Positions 10,801 to 19,200 of a stretch of 64,000 bases of DNA are shown one piece after another; position 1 is the first letter of the stretch; each line of letters begins with the position of its first letter. The position numbers were made by a program, and so were the translations under genes. The stretch is from contig CP000875.1 in NCBI GenBank assembly GCA_000018565.1, forward strand, positions 633,199 through 697,198. Reading direction: 5' to 3'. Below the pieces are notes generated by a model, which was not told where the DNA came from, searched no databases, and saw only the letters and a program-made list of their open reading frames with translations. The DNA is from Herpetosiphon aurantiacus DSM 785. Lineage in GTDB: Bacteria; Chloroflexota; Chloroflexia; Chloroflexales; Herpetosiphonaceae.

Positions 10801-11947
10801 CAAAGGCTTGGACGGTGGGTGCTAATGCATTCCCAATATTCGTTTGCAACACGGCAAATTGGGCACGAATCCCGTCAAAGGCTCGCACTAAGCCTTGATC
10901 CATTTGGTTATAGGCGGCCTCGGTGGCTCCGGCGCTGTTTTGCATCGCATCGAGCGCCCCCGTGAACATCTCGGTGCCGCGTCCGGTCAGGGTCAGCGCC
11001 GCGCTACCCGCTTCGACAGAGCTAAATAAGTCATTGATGCCCACGCCACTGGCATTGGCGTGCTGCTCCAGCAGTTGCAGCGCTTGCTGAACGTTGCCAC
11101 CGCTCTCAATAAAGGATTTAAACGAGGTGCCAGAAAGTTGCTGGAATAGCTCAGAGACTTCGCCACCTGATTGCGATAACTCCACAAACAACTGGCGCAA
11201 CATCGTGGTGGTTTGGGCGGTAGGCACACCTTGCGAGGTCATAGCGGCAATCGCGGCAGAGACATCGCTGAACGATACGCCCAAGCTCGCGGCAATCGGG
11301 TTGACGTTGTAGAGCGTGCTCGCCAGTTCGGCAAACGTGGTTTTGCCATAGGCCACGGCGGTAAACATCTGGTCGCTGGCATCTTGCACGCTCAGCACGT
11401 CCGCGCCGTAGGCATTGACTACACTGGTCAGGCCGTCCACCGTGGTTTGGGTATCGGTTACGCCGCCGATAGCCGCTTTCTGCGCGGTTTCGAGGAAGGA
11501 AAACACATTGTCTTTGGGCACGCCCGAGGACAAGGCTTCATAGAGCGCGGGGATCACTTTCTCGGGCAACGCTCCAAATTCCACCGCAAAGTCTTTGACC
11601 TGCTCACCCATCTGCTGCATGGCCTGTTGGGAAATACCCGGCAGCAACGTGAACACGCTATTCATCTGCTGTTGGAAGCCCGCGAACGCGTTGACCCCCG
11701 TGACCGCCAGTCCTGCTAAGGCTGCGCCTGCGGCAGCCACCGCGCCCGCAATGGCGGTGGTCAGTGCGGTACTCAGACTTTCGGCTAACGACTGCGCGAA
11801 GCCCTTGGCTTTGGTTTCGGCGTTGCTGATCGAGCGATCAAGCTCGGCATCATCCGCGCCGATTTTAATGATTGCTCGCCCTAATTCTTCATCGGCCATG
11901 GCCGCCACCTCTGCTGATGGAATAGAACGCCCACGCGCCCATCCCAC
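7856..11947 (-). CDS. Phage tail tape measure protein
   Basis: 1363 aa with an extensive A/Q/E-rich coiled-coil centre, Gly/Ala-rich membrane-like segments and a glycine run (GGGGGGGK). It is preceded by the tail chaperone pair with a frameshift site. Confidence 0.85.
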   Translation of the reverse strand: MGWARGRSIPSAEVAAMADEELGRAIIKIGADDAELDRSISNAETKAKGFAQSLAESLSTALTTAIAGAVAAAGAALAGLAVTGVNAFAGFQQQMNSVFTLLPGISQQAMQQMGEQVKDFAVEFGALPEKVIPALYEALSSGVPKDNVFSFLETAQKAAIGGVTDTQTTVDGLTSVVNAYGADVLSVQDASDQMFTAVAYGKTTFAELASTLYNVNPIAASLGVSFSDVSAAIAAMTSQGVPTAQTTTMLRQLFVELSQSGGEVSELFQQLSGTSFKSFIESGGNVQQALQLLEQHANASGVGINDLFSSVEAGSAALTLTGRGTEMFTGALDAMQNSAGATEAAYNQMDQGLVRAFDGIRAQFAVLQTNIGNALAPTVQAFADWLAEAMPRISAVVVGAFERIGTAVQMVGPYFLDFASTASEAFGLFIDLASSAVQWGSNIATQLANGIMGGAGAVVDSLGYIGDLVTYWLEPHSPPKLLPNIDTWGRDTAQVWMDGWNDARLPTDGLLAYLETELQSIEDAQQRVKEAAQEKQLLALINSTGGKDSDREQAKLELAALKLRQKIREEQAKAAEQEVKKPKATGGGGGGGKSPMDDAAKKAEAAARAQWEYSFSIAGTADRLQMLKDKQAAYATTDAEYWRLQGQINQEEQKRQAELNKLAKEQRDYELSLMSTEDQLARLRQEQGQYAEGSAEYNDIQQEINKAEKQRQRELEEVKRKQDEAAKAERDYQYATADTAGKLAILQGELANTNADQSEYWRIKTQISQLEAQQQKELEASAEKMKGVGGAAKGAAKGVGALVPPFTKVKDGADETNQSMQDAATGAEVAADRYADLKDRQVEMANATAPVPSLIDRIRNAFSQAAPFIESVKGAFMGIATLFTGMGLVSLFTGLAGAVAALVSPMGLLVAGAAALGLAWQTNFANIRTITGEVFNAVQTTVQTAFGLITSWFRENGEQIVTFLRDAWGRIEGIVSTVLGAVGTVIQTALDAIRSFLEQHGEEIKGVLTMAWETIQVVIDGALDVIDGAIIPFFHGIATFLSDHKDQITGLLSGAWSIIKGIVEAAMSVIQGVIKTVTAVIHGDWSGAWTAIKDVFAGLWNGIIDIVKGALEVVWNLLVVAWDLIGTGIRTAWDGISDYFRTMFGGVLDNLDGFLEQFKNGVAVAWQWIKDASAAVWDEITNGIVEAFRGILSGIKSPLNLMITAVNKLIEGANTVGSALGFGGIPLIPYLADGVKNWAGGLAFASEPWKGIEAMRTRGGDFALLPPGISNIPRGAEVFTAEETKGMTARMVVPQGGMVGARGMEGASGTTIVNYYTYEIAVDAREAMNPAAVEAAAIRGAEKAIKNYVEKANIQKKTNPFGK

Positions 11948-12187
11948 GATTGCGATTGTCGAATCGTGAAAAGCGGGCGCGTGGGCAATCCATCGCGGCG
12001 GCTTTGTTTCCTATGAAGCGGCGCAGCGGCGCGGGTTACATAGGACTAGTCGTTGGTTTTCGGTTGCGCTTTGCGACGACCAGGCTTAATTTTGTAGGTG
12101 TCAATCGCTTTAGCAATGGCTATCAACGCGCGATGGATGGCGATCCACATCGTGGTATCTGCATCCATAGGGTGTACTCCAGTGAAT

Positions 12188-12580
12188 TTATGGCCGGACC
12201 GATCGGGCTTTCATGTTTGCGATAAGCTGGGAGGCGCTGACATAGTTCACCTCGGATCGGGTGCTGGCTGGCTGATTGGCTTTCTTTCGCTTGCTCGTAC
12301 CCTTGCCCTTGCCCTTGGTATCATCGCCAAACAACATCGTGCCCACCTTGGTGGCAATCAGCATGGCCTGCTGCTCGCGTTCGTTGTGCATCCGGCGTAA
12401 GTACGAGGGCAGCAGCTCCAGCACGGTTTCTTCATACAGCTCGTGGGGTGGAATGCCATAGACGGCATACATTACTTCCACCACATCATCGGTATGGGTG
12501 GATTCATTTAGCCAATGCTTGAAAAACCCGCTGCCAAGACTTGTAACTTTTTTATCGGGACAGCCGCATTGGCAATGCAC
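12188..12580 (-). CDS. Tail assembly chaperone, -1 frame extension (T part of a G/GT pair)
   Basis: Overlaps the upstream chaperone ORF by 73 nt in the -1 frame. The overlap contains an A_AAA_AAG slippery heptamer. Confidence 0.55.
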   Translation of the reverse strand: MHCQCGCPDKKVTSLGSGFFKHWLNESTHTDDVVEVMYAVYGIPPHELYEETVLELLPSYLRRMHNEREQQAMLIATKVGTMLFGDDTKGKGKGTSKRKKANQPASTRSEVNYVSASQLIANMKARSVRP

Positions 12581-12960
12581 AGAAAGGCATCAATAATTTC
12601 CTCATCAAGAATTTCGTCATCGATGCTTTTTGGAATTGCACCACTCGCATAGGCAATAATCAGTGATAAAGCATCTTCCAGCAGACCATCAACCGATTCC
12701 AGCATCGTGACGATATAGGCCGTCAAGGCTTCGCCGGATTGTTTACCCTCTTCATTGGTTGCGGGCGGCTTACTCATCTGGTCAACTTGTGGCATCACCT
12801 TTTTGGCGACATCAATCAACTTCTTTTTGAAGTCTTGATTTTGACGAAACGGCAACTTACGAATTTCTTTGACCTCGCCGCCGATGGTCAGGGAAAGCAT
12901 GACAGCCATGGGTGTGTATCCTTTGCGCTTAAAAATGTCAATCAAACCAAACCCTCTCAC
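12508..12960 (-). CDS. Tail assembly chaperone (gpG-like)
   Basis: 150 aa acidic protein between the major tail protein and the tape measure protein. Its C-terminus '...PIKKLQVL' spans the slippery site. Confidence 0.6.
   Translation of the reverse strand: MRGFGLIDIFKRKGYTPMAVMLSLTIGGEVKEIRKLPFRQNQDFKKKLIDVAKKVMPQVDQMSKPPATNEEGKQSGEALTAYIVTMLESVDGLLEDALSLIIAYASGAIPKSIDDEILDEEIIDAFLCIANAAVPIKKLQVLAAGFSSIG
12547..12553 (-). other. Programmed -1 ribosomal frameshift slippery heptamer A_AAA_AAG
   Basis: The mRNA reads CCG AUA AAA AAG UUA in the zero frame (P-I-K-K-L). The -1 frame reads AAA AAA GUU ACA (K-K-V-T), matching ORF2 '...DKKVTSLGSGFF'. Confidence 0.55.
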
Positions 12961-12972
12961 TCTCCCAATCCC

Positions 12973-13650
12973 TTAGGACGCGGCTTCAACCACGCGGACT
13001 AATTGAAATAACCGCTCGCCTTTGGTTTTGGATAAATCCTCCAAGGCTGACAGCTTCAACGGAATACCCGTCCAATCTTCTTTGCTAAATTCCAACTCGC
13101 CGCCTTCTTCACTGGTCGCTTTCCAGATGAAGCCACGCACGGGGAACACATTCCCTTCTTCATCCTCTTGCTCGGCTTCAAAGCCCCACATGCGAATGGG
13201 CAACTGGGCCGCGCCGCCGATTTTGAAGGTTTCTTTGCCGACTTGGCCCACGCCTGAGGCGACCACGGTATTGGTTCCCCCCCATGTACTGGGCAATCCG
13301 GCGAAATCCAGTTGCGCCATGGTCGTTTCGGCGGTTAATTCTTCGCTGACCTTTTTGCGCTTGACCGCGCCCAAAGCTTCTTGGATTTCGGGTGCTTTGG
13401 TTTCGTAGCTGTAGGCCACGACCAGTGGGGCACTCGTTAGGCCGTACTGTACCCAGCCTACGGGCCACGCGGCTCCAACGGCTAAGCTATCAGCAGGCAG
13501 GGTTGTACCCACCGGAGCGTATAACAGCTTGGCATTACTCATCGTTACAGCAGCAACATCGGTTGGCATTCCAACCTCCTTTGTAGTGAAATCGGTCGAA
13601 TCTAATAGTTCTTGATATGGGCTGTCCACCCCGACAAGGCGAACAGCCAC
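12973..13650 (-). CDS. Phage major tail protein
   Basis: Sits immediately upstream of the tail chaperone pair. Size 225 aa. Confidence 0.55.
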   Translation of the reverse strand: MAVRLVGVDSPYQELLDSTDFTTKEVGMPTDVAAVTMSNAKLLYAPVGTTLPADSLAVGAAWPVGWVQYGLTSAPLVVAYSYETKAPEIQEALGAVKRKKVSEELTAETTMAQLDFAGLPSTWGGTNTVVASGVGQVGKETFKIGGAAQLPIRMWGFEAEQEDEEGNVFPVRGFIWKATSEEGGELEFSKEDWTGIPLKLSALEDLSKTKGERLFQLVRVVEAAS

Positions 13651-13988
13651 AAGGTTGTTTGGGTGCGGAGCAGGCGCGGCATGGCGCTGCTATCGGGCCG
13701 TAGCCGCGTCACCCCATTACCCCGATCCATCCACGCATCACAGCAGGTGCGCCACAGGTCGATGCACACGCCTTCGTCCGTGCCATACAGTTGCACATAC
13801 AGCGATGGACTCAGGATTGTGCGGGTGTAATCGAAGCCACCGCCGCGAATGACAAACAGAATCGCGGGGCCGACATCCGGCGTGTAGCCCTGCGGCAAAT
13901 CCGGTCCGACCCATACGCGATTGCTTACCAGTGCGGTCACGGTGGGTGTGCTCATGGCGGTGATGATGGCAGCAATTGGGTCAACCAT
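13602..13988 (-). CDS. Phage tail completion / tail terminator protein (DUF3168-like)
   Basis: Position in the head-tail joining block; size 128 aa. Confidence 0.35.
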   Translation of the reverse strand: MVDPIAAIITAMSTPTVTALVSNRVWVGPDLPQGYTPDVGPAILFVIRGGGFDYTRTILSPSLYVQLYGTDEGVCIDLWRTCCDAWMDRGNGVTRLRPDSSAMPRLLRTQTTLWLFALSGWTAHIKNY

Positions 13989-14413
13989 TACAACCCTCGC
14001 TTGCGGCGCACGACCTGCACGATGCCGCCAAAGTCAGCCTTGACCTGATCGAGTGCGGGAAACAAAAAGGGCGCTCGCAGTTCGATGTAAATCGCATAAT
14101 TGGCGGCGCAGCCCACGGCGCTGGTGTTATCGCCCATGGCAGGCAACCCAGCGGATGTGCGTTGGACCACATCGCCATGCTTATCGGGCAGGTCTGTCGT
14201 CGAGCTATCGACCCCTTGCCCATCGACCAACACGGCGTGGATACTGTTGAGCGCAAAGCCGGTATCAATGCTGTTATTGGCCATCATGTTTTGTTTGGCA
14301 TACCCTTCACCTGCCAACGCCGCCTCATTCAACAGGTCGCGGGTTGCGCCGTCGATCCGCACCCGAAAGCGCTTGGCAAAGGATTGGTACTGGGCTACGC
14401 CTTTTTTGGCCAT
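13988..14413 (-). CDS. HK97 gp10-family phage protein (tail/head-tail joining)
   Basis: Motif 'NNSIDTGFALNSIH' resembles the gp10 'vdTGnLrrSi' signature. Synteny supports it. Confidence 0.5.
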   Translation of the reverse strand: MAKKGVAQYQSFAKRFRVRIDGATRDLLNEAALAGEGYAKQNMMANNSIDTGFALNSIHAVLVDGQGVDSSTTDLPDKHGDVVQRTSAGLPAMGDNTSAVGCAANYAIYIELRAPFLFPALDQVKADFGGIVQVVRRKRGL

Positions 14414-14415
14414 GA

Positions 14416-14868
14416 TTAGACCTCCTCGCGGGTGACGGTCGCTAATTCCACCACGATGGCCGTGCCAAGCGTGGCCGGATCGCCCACCACCTCAAACGTT
14501 AGCGCGGGGGTAAGCACCTGCCCATTGCGGTGGGTGATGCGCACGCGCCATGACGCACGAATCACGGTTCCGGCAGGCAAGCGCAGGGTTGGCTTGGTGA
14601 TCACGACCGCCGTGCTGTCTAAAACTTCCTCGCTGGCAACGCCGTTGGCCGTGCTGGGATTGAACCCACAGGCCGACGACCCTGCGTCGGTGTAGGTGAT
14701 CACGGGTTTGTTATTGCGGCCTGCGCTGGTCTGTGGCTCCATGAGCACACATTGGTCGCGCATCGCGTCCGTGTGCGTGGCCTGCATCACCGTGAATTCA
14801 GTGGGTCGCATCGGTAACATACGGCTTCCTTCTTCCTTACCAGCGGCTAAAGGTATCGAGCGTGCCAC
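14416..14868 (-). CDS. Phage head closure / head-tail adaptor protein
   Basis: Synteny between the gp6-like and gp10-like genes. Size 150 aa. Confidence 0.35.
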   Translation of the reverse strand: MARSIPLAAGKEEGSRMLPMRPTEFTVMQATHTDAMRDQCVLMEPQTSAGRNNKPVITYTDAGSSACGFNPSTANGVASEEVLDSTAVVITKPTLRLPAGTVIRASWRVRITHRNGQVLTPALTFEVVGDPATLGTAIVVELATVTREEV

Positions 14869-15229
14869 TCATGGGCGCTTCTTCGACAACAACAGGTTGA
14901 TTGGTGACAAACTCGGCTTCGAGCTGCTTAAGCATGCGCACGGCGTGGTCGTGCATAGCCTTCCGGTCAAATTTCCCGCCATCGGCTTCGAAATTAATCG
15001 CGGTCACGGTCGCATTGACCACACTGCGCCACACTTCAATGATGGCGACGGTTTCCAGGAGCGGATCATTGGCTGATGCTGCGACATTTGGTAGATTCAA
15101 CCGTCGTAAGGTTCTTCGTAAGGCGGCGTTGTAGCCTGCGTTGCTCACATCCGTCCAGTTAAGCACGGTCGCGGTTTCCAGCAGTTCTTCCTGCATCACC
15201 GCTTTGATACTGCCATCGGTGTGTGCCAT
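14837..15229 (-). CDS. Phage gp6-like head-tail connector protein
   Basis: Size 130 aa. Acidic N-terminus 'MQEELLETATVLNWTDV'. Located right after the capsid genes. Confidence 0.45.
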   Translation of the reverse strand: MAHTDGSIKAVMQEELLETATVLNWTDVSNAGYNAALRRTLRRLNLPNVAASANDPLLETVAIIEVWRSVVNATVTAINFEADGGKFDRKAMHDHAVRMLKQLEAEFVTNQPVVVEEAPMSGTLDTFSRW

Positions 15230-15649
15230 TTAGGCCGCCTTGTACTCACGCAATTTCTTGATTGTGGCCTCGCCAATCCCATCGATGGCGCTCAACGTGG
15301 CATCATCGGCGGCGACGGCATCGCCATAGGTGGTATAGCCCGCTGCGGCCAAGCTTGCGGCTGCCTTGCTACCCACAACGCTAACCAACTCCACTGATGG
15401 CTCGGCGGGTGCTTGGCCGCCATCGGTGGTTGGCGTGCCTGCGTCGCCGTCGGCATTCGGCGTGGCAGGCTGTTCGACCCGCTGTACTGGCTCGGCGGCC
15501 ACAGGCTCAATCGACTGTACGTCAGTGGTCGCGTTGGCCGCAACCAAAATATTCGCGATGGACTCATCGAGCGTATGTACGCCAGGCAGATAGGTTGTCC
15601 CGAGGTGCATCCACGAATCAGTTAAGGTGACCTTGACCTTGGTTGACAT
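15230..15649 (-). CDS. Phage protein with a C-terminal helix-hairpin-helix motif
   Basis: C-terminal 'LSAIDGIGEATIKKLREY' (HhH GIG motif). Pro/Ala-rich linker. Confidence 0.35.
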   Translation of the reverse strand: MSTKVKVTLTDSWMHLGTTYLPGVHTLDESIANILVAANATTDVQSIEPVAAEPVQRVEQPATPNADGDAGTPTTDGGQAPAEPSVELVSVVGSKAAASLAAAGYTTYGDAVAADDATLSAIDGIGEATIKKLREYKAA

Positions 15650-15698
15650 GCGTGTCCTCCTTTGAACGCATTGAATGATTGAAAACTTCTCCGCTCGC

Positions 15699-16784
15699 CT
15701 AGATGTTTTTAAGTACCGCTACCGCTTCTGGCTCCGCCAAAATTGGAAAGCTTGTTTGCCATGCCTGACCTTCGATGCGTGGTGGCTTATCGGTCTTGAA
15801 TTCGGTATTAATCACCCGCCCTGGCTCGCTATGCCCTGCTGGCTTCCCAATAGCGGTATAGCCCAAGGTATCGGTGATCAAGGTTTGCTCCCCATCGGGA
15901 ATATCCAGTTCTTCATTGCGGCCCGTGAGCGCGACTAAGACAAAGGCTTGTTCGTGCAAAAAGCGCACGTCACCGTTTTGCGTGTTATAGCGCAAGTCAT
16001 AGCGCTCAATCGGCGGTAAGCCATCCATTTGCAAGGCCATATTGACCCCCATCAGGCTGGCGCGACCCGCCACGAGTTCTAAAGCGCCACCGTTATTCGC
16101 AACAAAGTGACTGGTGCGGGCGGCTACCTTGGGATTGCGAGCCAGCTTGGTCAGCACAGGTGTGCCTGCAAACATCCGGCCCACGGTGTAGCCCTTGGAC
16201 TGCAACAGATCGGCCATGGCATAAATATCTTGGAACGGGTCATAGGTTGGGTCGGCCCAATCGTCGGCCACGTTGACGCGGTGGCCTGCGGGATTGGTCA
16301 AGGCCACGGGTTCCCGAAAGGCGTTATCGCCTTCAATGATCACACTGGCATCGACAATCGCTTGCCAGCGCCATGCTTCGTTGACTTCGATCAAGGCAAG
16401 GTTGAGCGTGGTTTCAGCCCAATTGGTCAGCGCGGCAATGGCATCCATTGAGGCGTTGCGGCCTAAGTAGCGCAAGAGGATGTCATAGTCGCGCCCACTC
16501 AATTCACGAGCAATATCACTGTTGGCCAACTTGACATCGAACGTGCCGATCAGGTCGCCGCCCTTCTTTTGGGCGGGGCCATAGCGCGTACCGCCATTCG
16601 CCACAATGGTGCGATAGCGGATCGATTCCTCGGTATATTGGTTTTCTTCGACCATGCGCTCAGGCAGCAACTCCGCGCCAAGGTAGCGTCGTTGGGGCCG
16701 CCCGAACTGGGCCAACACATTGCGCATGAGGCGGGTGAGCGTGCCATCTGCACGGGCTTGATTCAATAAACTAGCAATATCCAT
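15699..16784 (-). CDS. Phage major capsid protein (lambda gpE-like family suspected)
   Basis: 361 aa. Position after the scaffold and decoration-like genes. No protease fused. Confidence 0.55.
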   Translation of the reverse strand: MDIASLLNQARADGTLTRLMRNVLAQFGRPQRRYLGAELLPERMVEENQYTEESIRYRTIVANGGTRYGPAQKKGGDLIGTFDVKLANSDIARELSGRDYDILLRYLGRNASMDAIAALTNWAETTLNLALIEVNEAWRWQAIVDASVIIEGDNAFREPVALTNPAGHRVNVADDWADPTYDPFQDIYAMADLLQSKGYTVGRMFAGTPVLTKLARNPKVAARTSHFVANNGGALELVAGRASLMGVNMALQMDGLPPIERYDLRYNTQNGDVRFLHEQAFVLVALTGRNEELDIPDGEQTLITDTLGYTAIGKPAGHSEPGRVINTEFKTDKPPRIEGQAWQTSFPILAEPEAVAVLKNI

Positions 16785-16842
16785 CGGACAAAACTCCTAA
16801 ACAGTATTGATGATTGAATGAATGACGAGGCCTTCGCCCTGC

Positions 16843-17463
16843 TTAGGCTCTGCCGACCGTGCATTGATAGTGGCTGCGCACAAAGGCCTTGAGTGTGCTG
16901 CTCAACCCTGCCCAGCCAGGTACAAAGGTTTCTTTCACGATGCTGTTGTAGCGATACAAATCAGCATCATTGTTTTTGGTGGCATCGCTGATATCGAACG
17001 CCAAGAAATAGATTTCTTCATCGGCATCGGCAGCGGGGCCAAAAGCCGTGCCTGCATCACGCTCGGCCCAGGTGCGGCCAATCAGCGTGCCCGATACGAT
17101 GGTCACGGGCTTCGTGCCACTGCCGTTATACGTGGCTTTATCGCCGCTGGAAAGGGCCACGGGCAACGCTTCAACGGCAATACTGGTTGCGCCAGCGGCA
17201 GCAGCAGCGGTCGAATAGGCATACTTGCCAGCGCCAAAGCGCAGCATCGTATTTGCCGGAATGGGATTCGCCAAGGCGGTGACGGAGATACTGGTCGCAC
17301 TGACCAAGGCATTGGCCGACAGGGTGATGATTGCGCCATCGGTTGCTAAGAATTGACTCGCATCAACCTTGGCTCCGCCTGGCATTAAGTGCTCGCGGTC
17401 TAAGAAATCGCCTGCCCAAATTGGGCTGGTAAGTTGATTAACGGTACCGATTACTCCAGCCAT
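16843..17463 (-). CDS. Phage head protein (possible decoration protein)
   Basis: 206 aa, G/A/T-rich. Lies between the scaffold and major capsid genes. Confidence 0.35.
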   Translation of the reverse strand: MAGVIGTVNQLTSPIWAGDFLDREHLMPGGAKVDASQFLATDGAIITLSANALVSATSISVTALANPIPANTMLRFGAGKYAYSTAAAAAGATSIAVEALPVALSSGDKATYNGSGTKPVTIVSGTLIGRTWAERDAGTAFGPAADADEEIYFLAFDISDATKNNDADLYRYNSIVKETFVPGWAGLSSTLKAFVRSHYQCTVGRA

Positions 17464-17465
17464 GA

Positions 17466-18194
17466 TTAACCTCGCTTCGGAAGGCTATAGCCCATCCGTT
17501 GATTGTGAGTGGTGATTGGGTCGTCTTTTTTGGGATTGCCACCACCTTGATGGACAAAGCCCGTCCCCCGCCGTGCAGGGTTGCTATCGATCGTGAGAGC
17601 GGGCATGAATTCACCCCAGTGTTTCTCGGCATAGGCATCGAGTGGGGTTTCCCCGTCGCCATCCTTGACGGTGATGGTGGTCTTGTCGCCCTCGGTTTTG
17701 GTGATAAACGTGACATTGCCCGCTAAGCGCTCCAGCACGCTCGGCTTCCACTGCATCGCCTCAGCAACCGTGCGCATGGTGGCTTGTGTGCGCAACGTGG
17801 CCAGCTCGGTTTGGGCTTGCTCACGCTCGGTCAAGCGGGTGCGCAATTCATCGAGCTGCCCAAGCGCTTGATAGTCCCGCCAGCGCTGCACATCGTCACC
17901 ACTGAGCACCACGGCCCCATCAGGAACACGCTCGCGCAGCTGGCGATTCTGGTCGCGGTACTGATAGTTTTCCTGCATCAGCAGCATCAACGCAGCATCA
18001 GGGCTGCCTTGGCGAGCGATCAGATTGGCAATTTGGCCTGCAATATCGGGTTGGTTGCCGCCACTAGCGGGAGGGTTAGCCGGTGGATTCGCAGGCGGGT
18101 TGGCTGGTGGTGGATTGCCACCGTTGCCACTGCCGGAACCACCGCCACCGTTATCAGCAGTAAACAATTTAACTGAGCGAAAAAAGCGAACCAT
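17466..18194 (-). CDS. Phage scaffolding protein
   Basis: N-terminal Gly-rich region plus (NPPA)x3 repeats, then a long coiled-coil. Located between the portal/MuF genes and the capsid genes. Confidence 0.5.
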   Translation of the reverse strand: MVRFFRSVKLFTADNGGGGSGSGNGGNPPPANPPANPPANPPASGGNQPDIAGQIANLIARQGSPDAALMLLMQENYQYRDQNRQLRERVPDGAVVLSGDDVQRWRDYQALGQLDELRTRLTEREQAQTELATLRTQATMRTVAEAMQWKPSVLERLAGNVTFITKTEGDKTTITVKDGDGETPLDAYAEKHWGEFMPALTIDSNPARRGTGFVHQGGGNPKKDDPITTHNQRMGYSLPKRG

Positions 18195-18208
18195 TGTTGA
18201 TTACTCCT

Positions 18209-19200
18209 CTATGATTGCAATTGGCGTAAGGCATTGACCGTCGTGACCTGCGCGTTTGCGCCCCAGATGCCACCGCTATGCACCGTCGCCAAATCTTCAA
18301 ATTGAAATGCGCCCCGTTGCCACAAGGCGTAGCGCCCTGGGCCAAGCATATCGCGCTGTGTTTTTGCACTCTGCTCCAGAAACCATTGCTTGCCCGTTGG
18401 GATCGCCAGCGGCTCGCGGCCTCTTAAAATTGGCAGTAATGTACATCTGCACTGAGGATGCAACGGCATCATCACGTTGGTCGGATAGACCGTGCCATCG
18501 AGCGCCAAACAGGCCAGACAGGTACGCCGCGTGCCGCGATGCGCATGTAAGCGGCGGCTAAGCCACTCGTTTGATACTGCTGCAACGCAGCCACGCGTGA
18601 TGCTCGAATCGACTGATCACGGGTTACTAACAAGGCATGATTGAGACTGGTTGCTAAGCCATCATTGACCATCATTCGCGCCGTGATGCGCGGGTTTTTG
18701 CCCAATGCAAGGCCACTCAACAGGGCATCGGTCATGGCTTGCGCCGTTTCCGGATAGGCGTTACTCAGCAAGAGCGCCAAGGGATTGTCAGCCCGTGCCA
18801 GCGCGGCAATGTTTTCAAATGCGCCGCTGTTCAACTGCGTGAATGACCCTTGAATCGCGCCGGAATAGCGCAACCACGCCGTGGCCTGCTCCGCGCCCAT
18901 ACTGGCAAAACTCAACTGCTGTGCCTGAATGATCGCGGCGGCATCCGCGTTGTATTTCGCCAGTTCGCGCTGGAGCTGCACCAACAACGCTTGGTAGCGC
19001 TCGTTCGCATACAACTGCGACTCGCTGACCGTTTGCCCATCGGCCTTAGCCTGGCTCATTTGAAACGCCAAGGCTTCCATTTCCGCCTTCAAGGCCGCTT
19101 CGACCGTGCGCCAGCGTTTGGTCAGATCGTCCATCGCGCTCGCGTTCTGGGCCTGAAGCTCAGCACGGAATTGATTGGCAATGGCAACCGCGTCGATCAT
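18209..19200 (-). pseudogene. Phage head morphogenesis protein (SPP1 gp7 / Mu F family) split into two overlapping ORFs in different frames (18472-19200 and 18209-18508)
   Basis: The N-terminal ORF (242 aa) is followed by a 99-aa ORF carrying the family's C-terminal 'HPQCRCTLLP' motif. The two overlap by 37 nt in different frames. This indicates a frameshift mutation or a sequencing error. Confidence 0.45.
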
